Assembly: GCA_048941285.1 (NCBI GenBank)
Contig: JBHLNS010000052.1
Span: forward strand, 1-20,122
DNA: 20,122 nt
Direction: 5' to 3'
Origin: Promethearchaeota archaeon
GTDB lineage: Archaea > Asgardarchaeota > Lokiarchaeia > Sigyniarchaeales > SOKP01
Shown here piece by piece: positions 16,334 to 20,122 of this stretch. The notes below the pieces were generated by a model. The model was given only the letters and a program-made list of their open reading frames with translations. It was not told where the DNA came from and did not search any database. The position numbers and the translations under genes are program-made. The first letter of the stretch is position 1, and each line of letters starts with the position of its first letter.

Positions 16334-16897
16334 ATGCAAATAGATGGAATAGATAAGCAAATATTAAATGCTTTGTTTGATAACGGACGCGAAAGTTTAA
16401 CAAACTTGGAAAAGATTATATTCAAATCTGGTAATGAAACCATGAGTCATACCGGAATTGCAAAACGTATTTCTAAATTAGAAGATACGGGGATTCTTAA
16501 GGTTCAAGCTAATACGAATTTAAATAATCTAAGGTATAAAATTGCAATTATATTAATAGAAATGAGTAATTACGATGAAGTACAAAAAGTTATTAGGGCT
16601 TATGAGGATTGTCCTAGAGTTTTTCTGTTAGCACATGTAACAGGTCAGTACAATTTAATTTTAGGAATAATTGGCCAAAGTATCGATGTTTTACATAGAT
16701 ATATTAACTTTTGTGGTCCAACAAATAAACAGGGGATTCTTCATGCTGCAACCATTTTTGTATCAGAACTTATTACACCTAAGTTTTTTCCACTAAATTT
16801 ATTTAGCCAAAAAAGTCAAGAGGAAAAATGTGGAAATATTTGTAATGATTGTGCTGCTTATCTTGATGGAAAATGTAACGGATGCGGTAATTTTTGA
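16334..16897 (+). CDS. Lrp/AsnC-family transcriptional regulator with a Cys-rich C-terminal tail (paralog)
   Basis: Colinear with the divergent neighbour and has the same 7 cysteines. Confidence 0.9.
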   Translation: MQIDGIDKQILNALFDNGRESLTNLEKIIFKSGNETMSHTGIAKRISKLEDTGILKVQANTNLNNLRYKIAIILIEMSNYDEVQKVIRAYEDCPRVFLLAHVTGQYNLILGIIGQSIDVLHRYINFCGPTNKQGILHAATIFVSELITPKFFPLNLFSQKSQEEKCGNICNDCAAYLDGKCNGCGNF

Positions 16898-16965
16898 TTT
16901 ATTTTATATAGCATAAATCCATGAGAATTAGCAATTTGTAATTATCTTCCATATTATCATTTATT

Positions 16966-16986
16966 AACCAATCCTATGGATCGGTT
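16966..16986. promoter_or_regulatory. Imperfect inverted repeat upstream of the hydrogenase operon
   Basis: AACCAATCC-TAT-GGATCGGTT, 8/9 arm match and GC-richer than its surroundings. Confidence 0.35.
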
Positions 16987-17242
16987 TTACCAACAGAGTG
17001 TCAACAAATCGAGTAGCTCCAACTAAAAATTTTAAGAAAATTAAAAAAATTTAGTTAATTTTGAATTTAGATTATTTTCCATATTTATCAACAATTTTAA
17101 TCGTTTATTTAAATTTTTTTTAGACATCTTTAATTAAATCAGAAATTTTTAATAAAGTTATGAATAAATAATCTCAACTAATTTTTTTTAATATAAATTA
17201 GCTATTTATACAAACAAAAAAACAATAAAAAATTGATATAAA

Positions 17243-18565
17243 ATGGCTGTAAAAGTAGCATTCTTACAAAATTCTGATTGCTGGGGGTGCCATCAAAGCT
17301 TATTAAATCTACATTTGAGTTTGCTTAATGTCCTCCCCGCATTAGAGATTGTCTATTGGCCAGCTGTAGTAGATTTCAAATATGATTCGTTAAAAGCAAG
17401 AGAAGACGGTGAGATCCTTGTAGGATTCGTTGAGGGAAGTCTACGGACTAAACACGATATTGCACAAACGAAATTATTAAGACAAAAATGTGCTTTAATC
17501 ATAGCTTTTGGTAGTTGTTCATGCTATGGTAATGTACATGGATTAGCTAATCAATGGAGTATAGAAGATCTAGTAAAGCGTAAATTTTCCGAAGTTGAGA
17601 GTATAGCAGATGAAAGTGGTGGTGAACCTATGGTTAACACTCCTGGATTTGCTGATAAAATTGTTCCTGTCGATGAGATTATTAAAGTTGATGCATATAT
17701 GGCAGGTTGCCCTCCCAAACCAGAGGCAATTGCTAGTGCAGTTGTTTTTCTATTAGGTCAAAAACCCCAACCAATGAATGATTTAGCATTCTGTAATGAC
17801 TGTTCTATTAAAGATAATTGTTTATTAGATAAAGGGACATTATGTTTCGGACCAATTACTAGTATTGGATGTAGTCTTAAATGTACTAGTGATAATAAAC
17901 CTTGTGTTGGCTGCTTTGGACCTGCTAAAACTGTTGATTCACGAGCAGATAAATTAAACAATATGGCGAATAATCTTAATTCTCTTAATAGTGGTGATAA
18001 AAAGAGTCTTTATGAATTCTTACCTCTCTTCTTAAATCTTCCTCTTATGGCAGGATTTGATTTAGCTGGAGATATTTTAAAACAGGTTAAAAAACATGGA
18101 ACTCCAGATACTCCTTTAGCAAATCTTCCACCTACAACTGAAGAGTTAGCAGGAAAAATAATGGCATTCTTAAGAGATAATCGTGATTTCACAGAAATCT
18201 CAAATGTATGCGATACTTGTCCAAGAATAATTGGTAGTAAATCAACAATGACAAGAGTAAAACGAGATTATGAAGGCCTTCCTAATATGGATGATTGTTT
18301 TATAGAACAAGGTTATATATGTGTAGGTCCGATTACTAGAGCTGGTTGCGGTGGAATGTGTATAAAGGTTAACTCTCCATGTACTGGTTGTTTCGGTCAG
18401 ACTGAATGGAATGTTAATCAAGCAGAGAGATTTGCTGATACAGTAATAAAGGGATTCAATGTAAATTTATCTAAAGATGAAATTCTTAATCAAGTAAAAG
18501 ATCCATTGGGTACTTTTGAGAAATTTACATTGGCATCAAATAGAAGTTATAAAGGAGGCGAATAA
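17243..18565 (+). CDS. vhuG: [NiFe(Se)] hydrogenase group 3c small subunit (MvhG/VhuG) with a duplicated Fe-S module
   Basis: Proximal-cluster ligands DCWGC, FVEGS, AFGSC, GCPP, followed by two copies of the 8-Cys medial/distal module. Confidence 0.88.
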   Translation: MAVKVAFLQNSDCWGCHQSLLNLHLSLLNVLPALEIVYWPAVVDFKYDSLKAREDGEILVGFVEGSLRTKHDIAQTKLLRQKCALIIAFGSCSCYGNVHGLANQWSIEDLVKRKFSEVESIADESGGEPMVNTPGFADKIVPVDEIIKVDAYMAGCPPKPEAIASAVVFLLGQKPQPMNDLAFCNDCSIKDNCLLDKGTLCFGPITSIGCSLKCTSDNKPCVGCFGPAKTVDSRADKLNNMANNLNSLNSGDKKSLYEFLPLFLNLPLMAGFDLAGDILKQVKKHGTPDTPLANLPPTTEELAGKIMAFLRDNRDFTEISNVCDTCPRIIGSKSTMTRVKRDYEGLPNMDDCFIEQGYICVGPITRAGCGGMCIKVNSPCTGCFGQTEWNVNQAERFADTVIKGFNVNLSKDEILNQVKDPLGTFEKFTLASNRSYKGGE

Positions 18566-18569
18566 AAAA

Positions 18570-19874
18570 ATGGTTAAAGAAATAGTAGTTGAACCAGTGA
18601 CTCGATTAGAAGGTCACAATAACCTAAAAGTTATTCTCGGAGATGATGGTAGTGTTCAAGATATTCAATTTAGTATTACATCAACCCGATTTTTTGAAAA
18701 ATTTTTGGAAGGTAGATATTGCGAACACATTCCTAGAATTACTCCAAGAATATGCGGTATTTGTCCAATTCCTCATCATCTAACTCCTACGAAAGCTGTA
18801 GAAGATGCTTGGGGGGTCCAAATTCCTCCTGCGGCATACAAATTGCGTCAATTATTACAGAACGCAAAACAATATTCATCACACGCATTACATTTTTATG
18901 CTCTTGCTGCTCCTGATTTCTTATTAGGGCCTATGGCAGATCCAGCTTTAAGAAATGTTGTGCATGTAATTAATAAGATGCCTGATGTAGGTGCTATGGC
19001 ATTAAAAATGATGGATTTTGGTCAAAAATTATGTCAAGCGATTGGAGGTAAATCTGTGCATCCAATTGTTGCAATTCCAGGTGGAATGAAAAAACCTTTA
19101 GATGAAGATGTCAGAGATTTATTTTTAAAACAAATTGAAGACCAAGTCGAATGGACAAAAAAAACAGTTGACATTGGATTAAAAGTTGTTGAAGATTATT
19201 GGGATGTCGTAGCTAATGTTGGAGTTGTGCCTACATATTATCTTGGTTTAACGAAAAACGGAGTTCATGATATTTATGATGGAGATCTTCGTATCTGTTC
19301 CCCTAATGGCGAAAAATTCGATTATGCACCTCAAAATTATCTTGAAGCTTTAGGAGAACATATTCCTGAACATTCATATGCAACTCATATGTATTATAAA
19401 CCAGCTGGGTATCCTGAGGGGATATATAGAGCAAATACACTAGCTATGATTAACTGTGCTGATAAAATGGCTACACCCTTGGCTGATGAAGCCTTACAAG
19501 CAATGAGAGCAAAAGTCGGAAAGGTATCACATCACACATTTGCATATCATTGGGCTCGATTAATCGAATTAGTCGAATCCATTGAAGTTATCGCAACACT
19601 TCTCCAAGATGATGATATTGTAAATCCTGATTGCAAAACACTGGATGTACAACCAAGAGAAGGAAATGGTGTTGGTGTAACTGAAGCTCCACGAGGAGTA
19701 CTTCTTTATAATATTTGGTCAGATGCAGAAGGAATTTGCAAAAAAGCAAATCTCTTAGTAGCTACTAACCATAATATAGCAGGTATTGAAAAGACACTAA
19801 AACATGTTGCTAAGCAGGTTTTTGAAGACAAAGCACTAGATGGTCTAAAATTGCCCAAGCCGTGGATAGAATAA
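18570..19874 (+). CDS. vhuA: [NiFeSe] hydrogenase group 3c large subunit, N-terminal part (VhuA)
   Basis: EPVTRLEGH, RFFEKF, L1 motif RICGICPIPH, EAPRG, ATNHN. The L2 (DPCxxC) motif is absent. The start is most likely ATG 18570, with GGAGG at 18554-18558. Confidence 0.92.
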   Translation: MVKEIVVEPVTRLEGHNNLKVILGDDGSVQDIQFSITSTRFFEKFLEGRYCEHIPRITPRICGICPIPHHLTPTKAVEDAWGVQIPPAAYKLRQLLQNAKQYSSHALHFYALAAPDFLLGPMADPALRNVVHVINKMPDVGAMALKMMDFGQKLCQAIGGKSVHPIVAIPGGMKKPLDEDVRDLFLKQIEDQVEWTKKTVDIGLKVVEDYWDVVANVGVVPTYYLGLTKNGVHDIYDGDLRICSPNGEKFDYAPQNYLEALGEHIPEHSYATHMYYKPAGYPEGIYRANTLAMINCADKMATPLADEALQAMRAKVGKVSHHTFAYHWARLIELVESIEVIATLLQDDDIVNPDCKTLDVQPREGNGVGVTEAPRGVLLYNIWSDAEGICKKANLLVATNHNIAGIEKTLKHVAKQVFEDKALDGLKLPKPWIE

Positions 19875-19916
19875 ATTAAATATATTGAAAATTAAACAAA
19901 AAAGTGAATAAAAAAG

Positions 19917-20066
19917 ATGAGTGATGTACCAGAAGGTGTAGTAAATCTCTTAGAAATGGTAGTCCGCTGTTTTGACTGTTGACTATCGTGTGCTGCTCAC
20001 ATCACATTTGTTGATGAAGAGGGCACTGAGATTTACTCTCGAAAGTTGAACGTAGGCTTAGGATGA
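19917..20066 (+). CDS. vhuU: Selenoprotein VhuU (C-terminal L2 peptide of the split hydrogenase large subunit); in-frame TGA at 19980-19982 read as Sec
   Basis: Hand translation: MSDVPEGVVNLLEMVVRCFDCULSCAAHITFVDEEGTEIYSRKLNVGLG*. TGA falls exactly at the first L2 ligand (D-x-U-x-S-C-x-x-H) and supplies the motif that vhuA lacks. Confidence 0.92.
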
Positions 20067-20122
20067 ATATCCAATAAAAATATTAGAAATTGGGTATAAC
20101 TGCCCCTTGCGTGGGGTTAAAG

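Noticed and set aside
17279-17293. CWGCH in VhuG looks like a CxxCH heme motif and a possible Ccm substrate
   Set aside because: It is the proximal [4Fe-4S] CxxC of hydrogenase small subunits, and the protein has no signal peptide.
17758-18192. Two short minus-strand ORFs (17758-17961, 18010-18192)
   Set aside because: Antisense shadows of vhuG.
18516-18569. Upstream extension of vhuA given in the ORF track
   Set aside because: It overlaps vhuG. ATG 18570 has a GGAGG SD and matches the family N-terminus.
18570-20066. vhuA as a truncated pseudogene and vhuU as a nonsense-disrupted fragment
   Set aside because: The split with TGA exactly at the Ni-ligand position matches the known VhuA/VhuU selenoprotein arrangement.

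Overview
AT-rich archaeal window, most likely Asgard/Lokiarchaeia. This is inferred from the plain 23-aa LRR protein, an IPGY-type C-terminal sorting signal and a split Sec-dependent group 3c hydrogenase. Left to right it holds: a 5'-truncated LRR protein; a GlcF/HdrD-like Fe-S (CCG) oxidoreductase with a GlcD-like FAD oxidoreductase; a complete but divergent System I cytochrome c maturation set (ccmF, ccmA, ccmB, ccmE, an unannotated 59-aa ccmD, ccmC); two divergent paralogous Lrp/AsnC regulators with Cys-rich tails; and vhuG-vhuA plus an unannotated selenoprotein gene vhuU (in-frame TGA). The main signal is that no exported protein here has CxxCH. Instead, four secreted, membrane-anchored paralogs interleaved with the ccm genes share a beta-rich N-terminal domain with a single-cysteine H-x(2-4)-C-H motif just after the signal peptide, in a layout reminiscent of cytochrome f. 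One copy is fused to a His-bearing 4-TM domain, one sits on a stalk of 8 Ig-like repeats, and two are short. CcmE (ends at Cys-Ser), CcmC (altered WWD) and CcmF (short) deviate in parallel. This suggests a previously undescribed single-Cys c-type cytochrome system with its own maturation machinery. Heme attachment is inferred, not shown.
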